Below, one piece after another: positions 11,362 to 21,653 of a stretch of DNA of 64,000 nt. This DNA comes from a virus. Its lineage: Duplodnaviria > Caudoviricetes. Position numbers and translations under genes: made by a program. Where the stretch lies: the IMG/VR virus record IMGVR_UViG_3300003086_000115. The stretch is one strand, 5' to 3'. The stretch's first letter is position 1. Each line of letters opens with the position of its first letter. The notes beneath the pieces were generated by a model. That model did not search any database, was not told the DNA's origin, and saw nothing but the letters and a program-made list of their open reading frames with translations.

Positions 11362-13737
11362 ATGGGATTAACACGACCTAGACTTGGGCAATTACAAACA
11401 AACATTACAGAAATTGATGATCCGTTAATTGTATTAAATAATGCAGAAACAGGTGCTAACGCTTCTGATATCGGATTTGTTTTTGAGCGCGGAACTAGTA
11501 CTAACGTTGCTTTAATATGGGACGAGAGTGCAGATGAGATTGTCTTTATTAATACTACAGAGACTGGCAGTACTGATGGTAATGTTACTATTAGTTCATA
11601 CGCTAATTTAAAAATTGGCGGTTTTATAGCAGATGGATTAACTTACCCGTCGTCTGATGGAACCAACGGACAATCTATGGTAACTGACGGTAATGGAAAT
11701 CTTAGTTTTAGTTCTGCGGCAGGTGTTGTTGATTGGGAATCAGACCAAGGTTCTACTAATATACATTCAGGAAACTACACTAATACTACGTATAGTGTTG
11801 GTGACGGTGGATTAACTCAACAGAACTTTACTACTGCTAACAACACAAAATTAGATGGCATTGAATCTAGTGCTGACGTAACTGATACTGCTAATGTAGT
11901 AGCATCTTTAACAGCAGGTACTAATGTATCTATCTCAGCAGGTGGTTCTATTAGCTCTACTGATACCAACACCACTTACTCTGTGGGAGATAGTGGACTA
12001 ACTCAAAAGAATTTCACATCTACCTTAAAGACCAAGCTAGACAGCATCGAAGCTAGTGCTACTGCTGACCAAACTAATGCAGAAATTAAAACAGCTTATG
12101 AAGCTAATGCTAATTCTAACGAATTTAGTGACGCTGAACAAACTAAGTTATCTGGTGTTGCTACTTCAGCTAACAACTATTCACATCCGGCTAATCACGC
12201 TATAAGTGTTATTACTGGATTACAGACAGCTTTAGATGCTAAGACAACTCCTGGGTATGTGGATACTAAAGTCTCTGACTTAGTAGACTCAGCTCCAGCT
12301 ACATTAAATACGCTAAATGAATTAGCTCTTGCTTTAGGTGATGACGCTAATCACGTTACTACAATGACTACCTTAATCGGTGGTAAGTTACCTTTAACTG
12401 GTGGTACGATAACGGGTAACCTAAACCTCGGTGATAACGTCAAGGCACAGTTTGGTGCTGGTAATGACTTACAGATATATCACGATGGTTCTAAAAGCAT
12501 TATAAGTGAGGTAGGCACAGGCGATTTAGAGGTGAATGTAACCAACTCTCTGAATGTGGTTGGTAGTGGCGGTAATAATATTGTTATGGAAGTCAGTTGC
12601 TCCTCTCAACCTGCCGCTTTTTTAACTCTTGCAGGAAATCAAACCACAACAAGCTCGTGTGGTTTGGGGGCAAATAGCTCTGACGAACTTTCATTATACT
12701 CAAACAGCACAGAAACATTAAAACTACATTCTACAGGTATTGATGTTACAGGTAATGTTACAGCTACAGAGTTTCATGGTGATGGTTCTAACTTAACAGG
12801 TTTAGATGCTGATACTTTAGATGGTTTAGATTCTACTAAGTTCTATAGAGAAGTTTCAACGTCTTCAGGCACAGTTGGCCCAGGCTGGATTACAGTAGCC
12901 CACTCAGAGAGTGCTAGACATAGTGGAGAAGTAATTGTTTCAGACTCTGAGAGTAGTGACCACGCTTTCATTCGTATTGACTGGATACGTAGTTATGCTG
13001 ACTCTGCTTTTACAGTTTTAAACTGTGGAGGGCATAGTAATAGGATACAACGTGTTAGAGTATTGAAGGAAACCGCTGATAATACTTATGGTTGGAAGAA
13101 ACTACAGGTTTATGTAAGTGTCTCGTCTAACTATAAAGTACAGATTATGGATATAGAGTCTACCTCAGGGTGGAGTGCTCACACTGTAGTTACTCCTGTT
13201 GTCCAAGACACTATCTCTGGTTATTCTCTGCACGGTAACGAGGTTGTAGACACGGCTAACTACAACTTCTCAGCTGAACAAGGTGTCTACTCAGGTGGAA
13301 ACATAAAAGCAGAAGGTTCGTTTATTGGCACAGCGACATCAGCACAGTACGCTGACTTAGCAGAGAACTATGTTTCAGATAGTACGTATTCAATAGGCAC
13401 AGTATTAATATTTGACGGAAGACAAGAAGTTACAGAATCAACTAGTAAAGCAGATAGACGACTTGCTGGTATTGTGTCTATGAAACCTGCTTACTTAATG
13501 AATAGCGAGTTAGATGCAAAGCATGTAGTAGCAATAGCACTACAAGGGCGTGTTCCTTGTAGAGTAACAGGTGTTACACATAAAGGTGACTTAATAATAT
13601 CAAGTGATACTCCGGGTGTAGCAATGGCATGGAACGAAGAGAAAGATCCACCGGCGGGCTCAATTATTGGTAAATCGTTAGTATCGAAGAATACAGAAGG
13701 AGAAGAAATGATTGAAGTAGCAGTGGGTATTAGATAG
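11362..13737 (+). CDS. Tail fibre protein with C-terminal chaperone-type domain
   Basis: AP.TLNTLNELA.AL.DD fibre motif and shared C-terminal ADLAENY...GRVPC domain. Confidence 0.75.
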   Translation: MGLTRPRLGQLQTNITEIDDPLIVLNNAETGANASDIGFVFERGTSTNVALIWDESADEIVFINTTETGSTDGNVTISSYANLKIGGFIADGLTYPSSDGTNGQSMVTDGNGNLSFSSAAGVVDWESDQGSTNIHSGNYTNTTYSVGDGGLTQQNFTTANNTKLDGIESSADVTDTANVVASLTAGTNVSISAGGSISSTDTNTTYSVGDSGLTQKNFTSTLKTKLDSIEASATADQTNAEIKTAYEANANSNEFSDAEQTKLSGVATSANNYSHPANHAISVITGLQTALDAKTTPGYVDTKVSDLVDSAPATLNTLNELALALGDDANHVTTMTTLIGGKLPLTGGTITGNLNLGDNVKAQFGAGNDLQIYHDGSKSIISEVGTGDLEVNVTNSLNVVGSGGNNIVMEVSCSSQPAAFLTLAGNQTTTSSCGLGANSSDELSLYSNSTETLKLHSTGIDVTGNVTATEFHGDGSNLTGLDADTLDGLDSTKFYREVSTSSGTVGPGWITVAHSESARHSGEVIVSDSESSDHAFIRIDWIRSYADSAFTVLNCGGHSNRIQRVRVLKETADNTYGWKKLQVYVSVSSNYKVQIMDIESTSGWSAHTVVTPVVQDTISGYSLHGNEVVDTANYNFSAEQGVYSGGNIKAEGSFIGTATSAQYADLAENYVSDSTYSIGTVLIFDGRQEVTESTSKADRRLAGIVSMKPAYLMNSELDAKHVVAIALQGRVPCRVTGVTHKGDLIISSDTPGVAMAWNEEKDPPAGSIIGKSLVSKNTEGEEMIEVAVGIR

Positions 13738-14411
13738 TGCAAGTACCACAACGATATAGAGAAGATTATACTGGTGAGTTTGTCATTACTAATACTGTTT
13801 ATAAGCAAGGTAAAAAAGAACAAATTCGTGAATGGGTTGATAACCCTATTACTAATAAACATGTTAGTAATAGGGCCACGTGTATTGCAAACGGAGTAAG
13901 CATACAAAACTTTCTACTCGCCGCGTTAGAAGGACACAAAGGCGGACTACTTGGTAGTAAGAGCATGCAAGTCTACGGTGTACAGGACATGCACAAAAAA
14001 ATGAAATGTGATTTTCTTGTTGCTAAAGGACAAGAAGCATTAGACGAAGTCATAGAATCTGAATATTATAAAGATAACATAGTCTACACAACTGCACAGC
14101 ATTGTATTGCAAACCCTGATATGTTTTATCTGGTACCGCACAGTGTCAAAATGCTACCCCATGCAACTGCTTTATGGTTAGCGTGTTTTGACGGACACGA
14201 AGAGATATTTTTATTTGGATATGACCAATATACAAAAGATGGCACATATCAAGAAAAGATGGTGTACGGTGCTAATGCTGTTATGAAAGCATATTCTAGT
14301 GTAAAATTCTATCATGTTATAAAATTTGGAACTTCACCGGAACTCTGGAAACACTTGCCTAATATGCGAACAATAGATATACCAGAGTATGTATCTTATG
14401 CTGATGTATAA
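13737..14411 (+). CDS. Conserved hypothetical protein, possibly glycosyltransferase-like Rossmann fold
   Basis: CIANGVS...CDFLVA...ALWLACFDGHEEIFLFGYD resembles the GT29/MptE-like pattern, but is degenerate. Confidence 0.35.
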   Translation: MQVPQRYREDYTGEFVITNTVYKQGKKEQIREWVDNPITNKHVSNRATCIANGVSIQNFLLAALEGHKGGLLGSKSMQVYGVQDMHKKMKCDFLVAKGQEALDEVIESEYYKDNIVYTTAQHCIANPDMFYLVPHSVKMLPHATALWLACFDGHEEIFLFGYDQYTKDGTYQEKMVYGANAVMKAYSSVKFYHVIKFGTSPELWKHLPNMRTIDIPEYVSYADV

Positions 14412-14842
14412 ATTTCTTCTACAGTCTTAATCCTTTGATATATTTCTTCAATCTTTAATGTAGCCCATAATCCTGGGTGTAAAGGCTTAGGAATTATACC
14501 CTTGTTGATCCAAGCATACCCGTGATGTTCATTGTTTAAATTTGGCGTGAATTCTTTGTTCAGTAAGCAGAAGAATGTATGATAATAGAAGCTATCGTTA
14601 GTGCCTGTGAATTTCTCAATAGGTATTAGTTTGGTGTGCTCGGGCATCCTACCCATCTCTTCTGTACATTCTCTTTCGATTGCATCAAATAGACTTTCCC
14701 CGCGCTCTACTTTACCACCTGGCAATCCCCAACAATCCTGATGCTTTTTATCGTTTCTTAGTAAGTAAAGGTAACGTTGTGTATCTTTAGCAAAGAACCA
14801 TACACCACACGCTTGTGGCGTATTCAAAGAACAAGACTCCAA
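14396..14842 (-). CDS. NUDIX hydrolase
   Basis: WGLPGGKVERGESLFDAIERECTEEMG is a Nudix box. Confidence 0.9.
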   Translation of the reverse strand: MESCSLNTPQACGVWFFAKDTQRYLYLLRNDKKHQDCWGLPGGKVERGESLFDAIERECTEEMGRMPEHTKLIPIEKFTGTNDSFYYHTFFCLLNKEFTPNLNNEHHGYAWINKGIIPKPLHPGLWATLKIEEIYQRIKTVEEIYTSA

Positions 14843-16218
14843 TTACCGCCTTCATATAATCCTTCGTATGAGCGTAACCATTCTGTTCCTGTCCATCTGT
14901 ATTGTATAGCAGTTGTTATATTCGTAACATGTTCTACAATACTTGAAGTATTAGCATCAAATATAACATTCCAGTTACTACCATTGTATTCAATGATGTC
15001 ATTTACGTTTGCTGTTAAGTCTCCCCATGCATTAGCAAAGTCCGGAGTACTTGATCCTGTGCCTTCTGTTAGTAAGTAACGTTGTCCTGGACTAGCAATA
15101 GGGAATGTAGTTTTTCCTGACAATACACCTGGACCACTACGCAAAGGATTAACAATAGCATCGACTGCAGGTAGTGTATTTTCCGGTAAAGTGTCGGGAT
15201 CAATAGTAAACAACATAATGTTATCATCAGTTGGATGGAACGTTATAGTGCCTATAATTTCAGCGTTGTTAATGCCGTTATCTAGTCTAATTTGACTGAT
15301 CCCGTTCTCAACTACACCATACTCTTCTGTAATAGCATGCCATATTAATATACTGTCTTGAAAACTAATAGGATCAAATGAACTATCTTTAATATCTTCA
15401 ACAGCATTTTGATCTAATAACTGCAATTGATTACCTATTAGCAATAGTTGATATCCGTGCGGTGTGATTTTCATTCTAGTGCCGAGTAACAAGTCATCGC
15501 TGTTTAATGCATCAAATGCATCTAAGTTATCATTGTGTATACCGGCGATAATCTTGTGTATAACGCCCATTTTAAGGACTTTAGCAGGTAAGCTAAGCCA
15601 TATAGGCGTAGTGAACTCCATAGTAGCAACATCAATAGGATTGTCTGTACCTATCGGAATACTCCTAGAACTCCATGTAAGATTGTTTAGTTCTACTACG
15701 CTAAGACTTGTCCAATCTAAGTAGTTGTCTGTGCTTTGTATTTCTAACGACGGGTTAAATAACGGAGCGATTTGTTCAATTAGCTGTAGTTTTTGATTAG
15801 TGTTAGTTGTCCATATGTCAAGCGATAAGTTTAAGTTGTACGGAGAAGGCATTCTTCTCTCTACTGTAAATGCATTGCCTTGAGTAGTATCGTAAGTTTC
15901 AGTGGTTTCGTTGTATTCCCTTTGTCTTACTTGTACCTTGCCTACGAACTGTGGTTCTTGCACTCTATCTCTAGCATATTCTAACCCGCTAATATAAAAC
16001 GACATTAGCGGTGCTGATGGCATATTAGTTGCAGAGTTATTCTGTAATATGTTTTGTACTTGTCTAGATGAATCACCGTAGCGTATTGGCACTCTTAGTA
16101 ACGTAATATTACCGTCGTCATCGCGACCATACTCAACTTGGAAATTGCTAAACATTCTAGTGAACTGTAATAAGAATCGTCTTATTTGTTCGTCGTAATG
16201 GAATTGATTTAGTGCCAT
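14824..16218 (-). CDS. gp15: Tail sheath stabilizer/terminator, T4 gp15-like
   Basis: YDEQIRRFLLQFTRMFSNF, VPIRYG, PSPYNL..LDIW...QLIEQIAPLFNP; neck cluster position. Confidence 0.8.
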   Translation of the reverse strand: MALNQFHYDEQIRRFLLQFTRMFSNFQVEYGRDDDGNITLLRVPIRYGDSSRQVQNILQNNSATNMPSAPLMSFYISGLEYARDRVQEPQFVGKVQVRQREYNETTETYDTTQGNAFTVERRMPSPYNLNLSLDIWTTNTNQKLQLIEQIAPLFNPSLEIQSTDNYLDWTSLSVVELNNLTWSSRSIPIGTDNPIDVATMEFTTPIWLSLPAKVLKMGVIHKIIAGIHNDNLDAFDALNSDDLLLGTRMKITPHGYQLLLIGNQLQLLDQNAVEDIKDSSFDPISFQDSILIWHAITEEYGVVENGISQIRLDNGINNAEIIGTITFHPTDDNIMLFTIDPDTLPENTLPAVDAIVNPLRSGPGVLSGKTTFPIASPGQRYLLTEGTGSSTPDFANAWGDLTANVNDIIEYNGSNWNVIFDANTSSIVEHVTNITTAIQYRWTGTEWLRSYEGLYEGGNWSLVL

Positions 16219-16219
16219 A

Positions 16220-16633
16220 TTATAATCTTCTTATTGCCCTTACATAATTAACTGTTTCTTTGTCGTCGCTGTTTATTAAATGATCTGATGAGTGTAACCC
16301 AGATACAACAACAGCATGTTCAATTGGTCCTAATGTTCCGCTAACAACGTTAATAACATCCGACGACCAATAATGATAGCTTTTAACTTGACTATTAAAC
16401 GAAGCAGTATCGGTATTTAAAAAATTAAAAACATTACGGAATATAAATTGTAATTCTAACGATGTAGGTAGTACCCAGTCGTTTTCGATATTGTTTCTAT
16501 ATTCGGTTGCGGACGCAAATGATTCGTCCCATCTAACTCTGCTTGTGCTTACGTTCCCTAATGATATTATTAAGTTGTTAGTGCCGTTGTTACCAGCAAA
16601 CATACCACCGTCTTGTAGATCTCCTATAGCCAT
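16220..16633 (-). CDS. DUF1566/Lcl C-type-lectin-fold protein
   Basis: DWVLPTSLELQ, YWSS and C-terminal YVRAIRR motifs. Confidence 0.7.
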   Translation of the reverse strand: MAIGDLQDGGMFAGNNGTNNLIISLGNVSTSRVRWDESFASATEYRNNIENDWVLPTSLELQFIFRNVFNFLNTDTASFNSQVKSYHYWSSDVINVVSGTLGPIEHAVVVSGLHSSDHLINSDDKETVNYVRAIRRL

Positions 16634-17919
16634 TAGTTATCCGCCGATGGTCTAAGTAAATCAGATAGTCCTTGCAGTGTAGGGATATCTCCTCTATCTT
16701 CTGTTTCGAATGTAGAATCATCATTAACAAATTCGTTACGTTGCGTTCTATTTTCCGAAGATAAGCTAAGATCAGTTCTTACACCATCTTCTATTTTAAT
16801 CCAGCGATTGCCGTTGTATCTAAATAATCTGTTAGGGAAATAGTCTAAGCGCAATACATATTCTCCCTCTACTGCATCGGGCGGAAATACTGTTCCTGGA
16901 GTAACTGGCAATCCGTTAGGCGGAACACCTTCTCCTGTTAAGTATCCTTTAAGCCAACCGGTTGCCTTCGGACTTTCTTTAGTTCTATCTGTTGTAACTG
17001 TGTTTAAATCAGTAGTGAGTACAGTACTATCTGTTGATAAGCCTGTACCGTCTAATGGTTTGCTAGTGTATTCGTCTTGTGCTTCGATGTAGAACTTGCT
17101 AACATCATACCCACTAAATGGCAATTCAGCAACTGCTTGCGCAAGAACAGCATCATTAATTTCTAAGTCTTTGTTGTGTGTAGTTAGTAAGTCGTTTAAC
17201 GTACCACCGGTAAATGCATCAACTGTGCAATCTGTAGCATCATCTACTGTTACATTTGTGCTGTTAGCAGTAACACATATATCAACATAATTGTCTAATG
17301 GATTAGCAAAGCCGTCTAGTATACCTTTGTATTCTTGACTTCCTACTAATGGTGTTGCTTTGATACGCCATAAGTGCGGACGCCAAGTTTGACTAAATCC
17401 CTCACTAGCATAAGCGGCATCTTGCACTACATATAATTTTGGCAGTGAAGTCGATATCGATTCATCTAACGGATGATAATCTCTTAAGTTAGGTACTTCT
17501 ATAACATCACCTGACATAATCTTACGTGTAAAGGTATCGATCATGTTGTTATAATGGAATGTAATGAATAATGTATCCTGCTGTAAGAATAGACCAAATT
17601 GACTTAAATCAAAGTCGATATCTTGTACATTATACACGCCGCGTATCTGATAGATGTCTGGGTCGTAATTTCTATCTCGGTTTTCTAATAAGAATAAATC
17701 TTCAATTGAGGTGACATCTGGGTCAGTACCGCCGGGTTGAGTAGCATCGAAGTTTTCATCTGTATTAGGAACAGTAGCATCACCTGTAGAAACAGGACCT
17801 AGATACTTATGTACTAGTATATCAAGCCCGCCAACAGTGTACATTTCAGATATAGTTTTATCTAAAAATTTGTAGTCGTTTGTAGCTCTATTGCCTTTCC
17901 AGAGACTTAATCTTGGCAT
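16633..17919 (-). CDS. gp14: Neck/head-closure protein, T4 gp14-like
   Basis: DLSQFGLFL..D.LFITFH...GDVIE.P motif; adjacent to gp15. Confidence 0.7.
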   Translation of the reverse strand: MPRLSLWKGNRATNDYKFLDKTISEMYTVGGLDILVHKYLGPVSTGDATVPNTDENFDATQPGGTDPDVTSIEDLFLLENRDRNYDPDIYQIRGVYNVQDIDFDLSQFGLFLQQDTLFITFHYNNMIDTFTRKIMSGDVIEVPNLRDYHPLDESISTSLPKLYVVQDAAYASEGFSQTWRPHLWRIKATPLVGSQEYKGILDGFANPLDNYVDICVTANSTNVTVDDATDCTVDAFTGGTLNDLLTTHNKDLEINDAVLAQAVAELPFSGYDVSKFYIEAQDEYTSKPLDGTGLSTDSTVLTTDLNTVTTDRTKESPKATGWLKGYLTGEGVPPNGLPVTPGTVFPPDAVEGEYVLRLDYFPNRLFRYNGNRWIKIEDGVRTDLSLSSENRTQRNEFVNDDSTFETEDRGDIPTLQGLSDLLRPSADN

Positions 17920-18033
17920 GTAACCTCAATATTTTTTCAGTTGTGTCTATATTTATGCGGTTTTCTTTATGATTTTTTTGTATAATGATCCTATCTAAGC
18001 ATAAAATACAGAAACGGAATAACTAATTAATAT

Positions 18034-19152
18034 ATGGTACGAGGAAAGACACTAGATCAAAAAGGAATGGGACGCGAACCTACATGGACTCCCGACACAC
18101 AGCCGTCTGATGAGTATCGCAGAATTACAAAAATAAAAGCATTTACTTGGTTTAATTATTTTCATAGTGCTAAGGATGCTAAAAGCATGATATATCTATA
18201 TTTAACAAAGCACAAACAGAACGACGATGCTAAGTTGATTAAGAAAGTATCTGATAATAGTATTAACAAGTCAAGCGCATGGCTAATGCAGATGTCATTA
18301 AACGGGTTTGAGTTAAACAAACAAGAAGAATCTGTTTTAGAAATAGATATTAGCAGACTTAAGGCACTTGCTGAGAAAGCAATCGAGCAAAAAGAAAAAG
18401 CAGTAAACAAGCCAAAGCCTAATGTACAAGAGATAATGAAGATGAAAGCAATGCTAGTAGGCGGTGACTTAGAAGCACTACTAGATGATTTCATTAAACT
18501 TGGCGCACCTGCAAAGCATAAAATAAAGCCAATAGGCACGTTAATGTTAAGCACTATGCTACCACAGCATGTTCCGTTGCTAATAGCGCCGTGGGAACAT
18601 GCAATAAAAGAGTACAAAGAATTACAGCTAGGTGAAGATAAGCAATTAGTTGAGGCGTATAGCCATTTAGGCAAGATACAAATACGACATATCATAGGAT
18701 TCTGTGAGTTAATCATACATGATTTAAACAGCTATGTAACATATAAGAAATCAACAAGAGCTAAACCTAAGAAAAAATCTATTCCTGTTGCTAAACAAGT
18801 AGCAAAGCTAAAATATTGTAAAGAGTTTAAAGATCTTGATCTTAAGAGTATACCACCTGTTAAGATACCAGAGTCTAAAGAGATGTTTGTATACGATATT
18901 AAGAAGCGCAAAATACACTATTACAAAGCAGATGAATTATCAGGCGGGCTAAGTGTTAAGAACAACACAATTGTTGGATTTAGCGCAGGCGAGACGTATG
19001 CAAAGACGCTAAGAAAACCAAAAGAACAGTTAAAAGAGATCACGAAAGCAAGTAAGCCTAATGTAAGAAAGTACATTAGTGATATTAAAGCAGTTGAGAC
19101 TAAACTATCAGGTAGATTTAGTCCTGATTTAGTCATACTAAGGATCCACTAA
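18034..19152 (+). CDS. Hypothetical basic protein
   Basis: 372-aa Lys-rich ORF with TATAAT upstream (~17981); no recognisable motif. Confidence 0.55.
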   Translation: MVRGKTLDQKGMGREPTWTPDTQPSDEYRRITKIKAFTWFNYFHSAKDAKSMIYLYLTKHKQNDDAKLIKKVSDNSINKSSAWLMQMSLNGFELNKQEESVLEIDISRLKALAEKAIEQKEKAVNKPKPNVQEIMKMKAMLVGGDLEALLDDFIKLGAPAKHKIKPIGTLMLSTMLPQHVPLLIAPWEHAIKEYKELQLGEDKQLVEAYSHLGKIQIRHIIGFCELIIHDLNSYVTYKKSTRAKPKKKSIPVAKQVAKLKYCKEFKDLDLKSIPPVKIPESKEMFVYDIKKRKIHYYKADELSGGLSVKNNTIVGFSAGETYAKTLRKPKEQLKEITKASKPNVRKYISDIKAVETKLSGRFSPDLVILRIH

Positions 19153-19191
19153 AAACATCATAAATACAAGACACGTTCAACAAGGTTTTGT

Positions 19192-19953
19192 ATGGCACAC
19201 GACAATCTAACAGGGTTAAAGAAAGACGTATTTGATTATGTAGCACTTCGTCTTGGTGAAGGAATAATTGACCTTGAGCTAGATCCTGCGCACTATGAAG
19301 TTGCGTATAAACAAGCACTAGGAACATATAGACAACGTTCGCAAGCATCAACAGAAGAAAGTTATGCTTGGTTAGAAATGCAAGAAGGTGTAAATGAATA
19401 TACGTTGCCATCAGAGATTACACACGTAAGACAGATATACAGACGAACAATGGGAAGTTCGGGCGGCACTAATAGCTCTAGTTTCGACCCGTTTAGTTCA
19501 GCAACATTAAACGTTTACTTACTGAATTATACATATTCAGGAGGATTAGCAACATACGAACTGTATTCGCAGTACGTTGAGATAGCACAGAGAATGTTTG
19601 GTGCATTTATGAATTATACGTTTAACCCAGTCACTAAACAGCTAAGACTAGTGAGAAATCCTAGAGGCGATGGCGAAGTTATTCTGCTATGGACATACAA
19701 TGACAAGCCAGAGTCTATGCTATTGCAAGACAATCACACTAGTCAATGGATGCGGGATTATACGTATAGTGCGGCTAAGCTAATTATTGGTGAAGCACGT
19801 GAGAAGTTTGCTAGTATTAGCGGACCACAAGGCGGCACAGCATTAAACGGTTCACAACTTAAAGCAGAAGCACAATCAGAGATGGCCCTACTAATTGAAG
19901 ACTTATACAACTTCGTCGACGGAGGACAACCCCTTACTTGGGTTATAGGTTAA
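19192..19953 (+). CDS. gp13: Neck/head-tail adaptor protein, T4 gp13-like
   Basis: LRLG..I.D.EL, and W..DY..A.AK...G..R.KF..I.GP.GG..LNG..L..EA. Confidence 0.85.
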   Translation: MAHDNLTGLKKDVFDYVALRLGEGIIDLELDPAHYEVAYKQALGTYRQRSQASTEESYAWLEMQEGVNEYTLPSEITHVRQIYRRTMGSSGGTNSSSFDPFSSATLNVYLLNYTYSGGLATYELYSQYVEIAQRMFGAFMNYTFNPVTKQLRLVRNPRGDGEVILLWTYNDKPESMLLQDNHTSQWMRDYTYSAAKLIIGEAREKFASISGPQGGTALNGSQLKAEAQSEMALLIEDLYNFVDGGQPLTWVIG

Positions 19954-19954
19954 T

Positions 19955-20521
19955 ATGGGATTGTTCAAATACATAACACTCGTTGAAGACGAGAATACCG
20001 TAAAGAAAAAAGAAAGCGAAGTTAAATTAGAGAAATTACCTATAACAAGGGACGGGTTAACTCCTGTAATGTCTAAAGCAACAGTAAATTATCATTATGG
20101 CAATCTAGCAAAAGGCTATGTAGATCGCTATAATAATAAAGACGGTGATAGTGATTTTAATTACGCTGGCGCTGTACTACATAATCAATTTTTTAGTCAG
20201 TTTAAGAAAGCAACAAACAGCAACAAGCCAAGCGGAATAGCATTAGAAGTGATAGAAAAGAAGCATAAGTCATTTACTGAATTTAAAGAAGAATTTAGTG
20301 AGGTTGCTCGTAGTATACAAGGTTCTGGATGGTGTTTTATGGATACCACGGGTAATATCAAAGTAATCAAGAACCACGCTGTACGAGCAAATATAGCACT
20401 CTTAGTAGACATGTGGGAGCATGCTTGGGCTTTAGATTATCAAGCAAATAAAGACAAATACTTAGCAAATATATGGCGTATTATTGATTGGGACGTTGTA
20501 AATAAGAGGATGTCTTTATGA
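19955..20521 (+). CDS. sod: Fe/Mn superoxide dismutase
   Basis: YHYG...YV, LHNQFF, GSGW and DMWEHA; the four metal ligands H/H/D/H are present. Confidence 0.85.
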   Translation: MGLFKYITLVEDENTVKKKESEVKLEKLPITRDGLTPVMSKATVNYHYGNLAKGYVDRYNNKDGDSDFNYAGAVLHNQFFSQFKKATNSNKPSGIALEVIEKKHKSFTEFKEEFSEVARSIQGSGWCFMDTTGNIKVIKNHAVRANIALLVDMWEHAWALDYQANKDKYLANIWRIIDWDVVNKRMSL

Positions 20522-21099
20522 AAATAAGAGAAATAATAAAAGAAGAATACGTCTTAAATGAAAATTGGTTGCAACTTGCTAAAGCAGTTAATATGCTAAG
20601 AAACGCAAAGAAGTTCAGCCACTTACCAGGTGATACTATCGAAAAAATGGCACATGCAGTTGTTAACAAGTGGAACAACCCTGTAGCTAAAGCTGTTACT
20701 AAGAAAAAACTAAGTAAGACGTCTAACTTAACAAAGCAGTACAAGAAAGATAGAGCTGACATGGACGATAAAGAATTTGAAAAATTCTATGGTTTCTCTA
20801 AACACGGCATTAACGAACACAGGATGGTATGGAAAAGTACCCCTAAAGGCTTAAAGCTTAAATGGCGCTGTACATCAGGAATTCGTACAAATAGAACAGT
20901 ACCTGATCCTAAAGATTGTAATAAGCCATTAGATTTTGCACAAGCGCAAAGGATGAAAGTTACACGTAAAAAAACAAGCAAAGCACAAGCACGTAAAGCC
21001 AAAAGGACTAAACTTATAAATCCTAGAACTAAGTTAGCCGCTAAGTTAAATCGATTAGGTAGACCTAAGAAGAAAAAGAAACCGAAAAAAAGACGTTAA
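20518..21099 (+). CDS. Highly basic putative head-internal protein
   Basis: MKIREIIKE leader, LNE/INE sites, Lys/Arg-rich C-terminus. Confidence 0.5.
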   Translation: MKIREIIKEEYVLNENWLQLAKAVNMLRNAKKFSHLPGDTIEKMAHAVVNKWNNPVAKAVTKKKLSKTSNLTKQYKKDRADMDDKEFEKFYGFSKHGINEHRMVWKSTPKGLKLKWRCTSGIRTNRTVPDPKDCNKPLDFAQAQRMKVTRKKTSKAQARKAKRTKLINPRTKLAAKLNRLGRPKKKKKPKKRR

Positions 21100-21128
21100 T
21101 TAAACAGAGTTACTGTTATAATAGCCTT

Positions 21129-21653
21129 ATGGATTTAATGCTAGATATAGAAACACTCTCAACAACGCCAAATGCGGTTATTTTAAACATAGGCGCTATT
21201 GGCTTTGACCCTTTTACAAATACAGTATACGATGAACATGTTGTCTATCATAGAATAGATACAGAGACACAACCTAACAGAGACATTGACGATAGCACTG
21301 TTGAGTGGTGGAGTAAACAAGGTGCAGAAGCACAAGAAGAAGCGTTTGGTGATGAAGATAGAGTGCCGTTAGACGAAGCGTTAGATGATTTATCTAGACT
21401 TGCACGTAAGTGTGGGAGGATATGGGCTAACGGCATTGCGTTTGATATGACCATACTAGAAGATGCGTACAAAGAACATAACAAAGCATTACCATGGCAG
21501 TACTATAAAGTCCTTGATGCTAGAACATTATATAAGCTATGTCCAAACGCAGGTAGATTAGGAAACGATCATCACGCCCTTGCTGATTGTGTTAATCAAA
21601 TTACGCTATTACAGAAATGTATTACACAACTTGAAGTAACAAAGATCGGCTAA
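21129..21653 (+). CDS. DEDDh 3'-5' exonuclease (Rv2179c-like)
   Basis: MLDIETL, WANG..FD..IL, D.RT and HHALAD motifs. Confidence 0.85.
   Translation: MDLMLDIETLSTTPNAVILNIGAIGFDPFTNTVYDEHVVYHRIDTETQPNRDIDDSTVEWWSKQGAEAQEEAFGDEDRVPLDEALDDLSRLARKCGRIWANGIAFDMTILEDAYKEHNKALPWQYYKVLDARTLYKLCPNAGRLGNDHHALADCVNQITLLQKCITQLEVTKIG

Noticed and set aside
16220-16633. Complete diversity-generating retroelement
   Set aside because: No reverse transcriptase or TR/VR pair seen in the window
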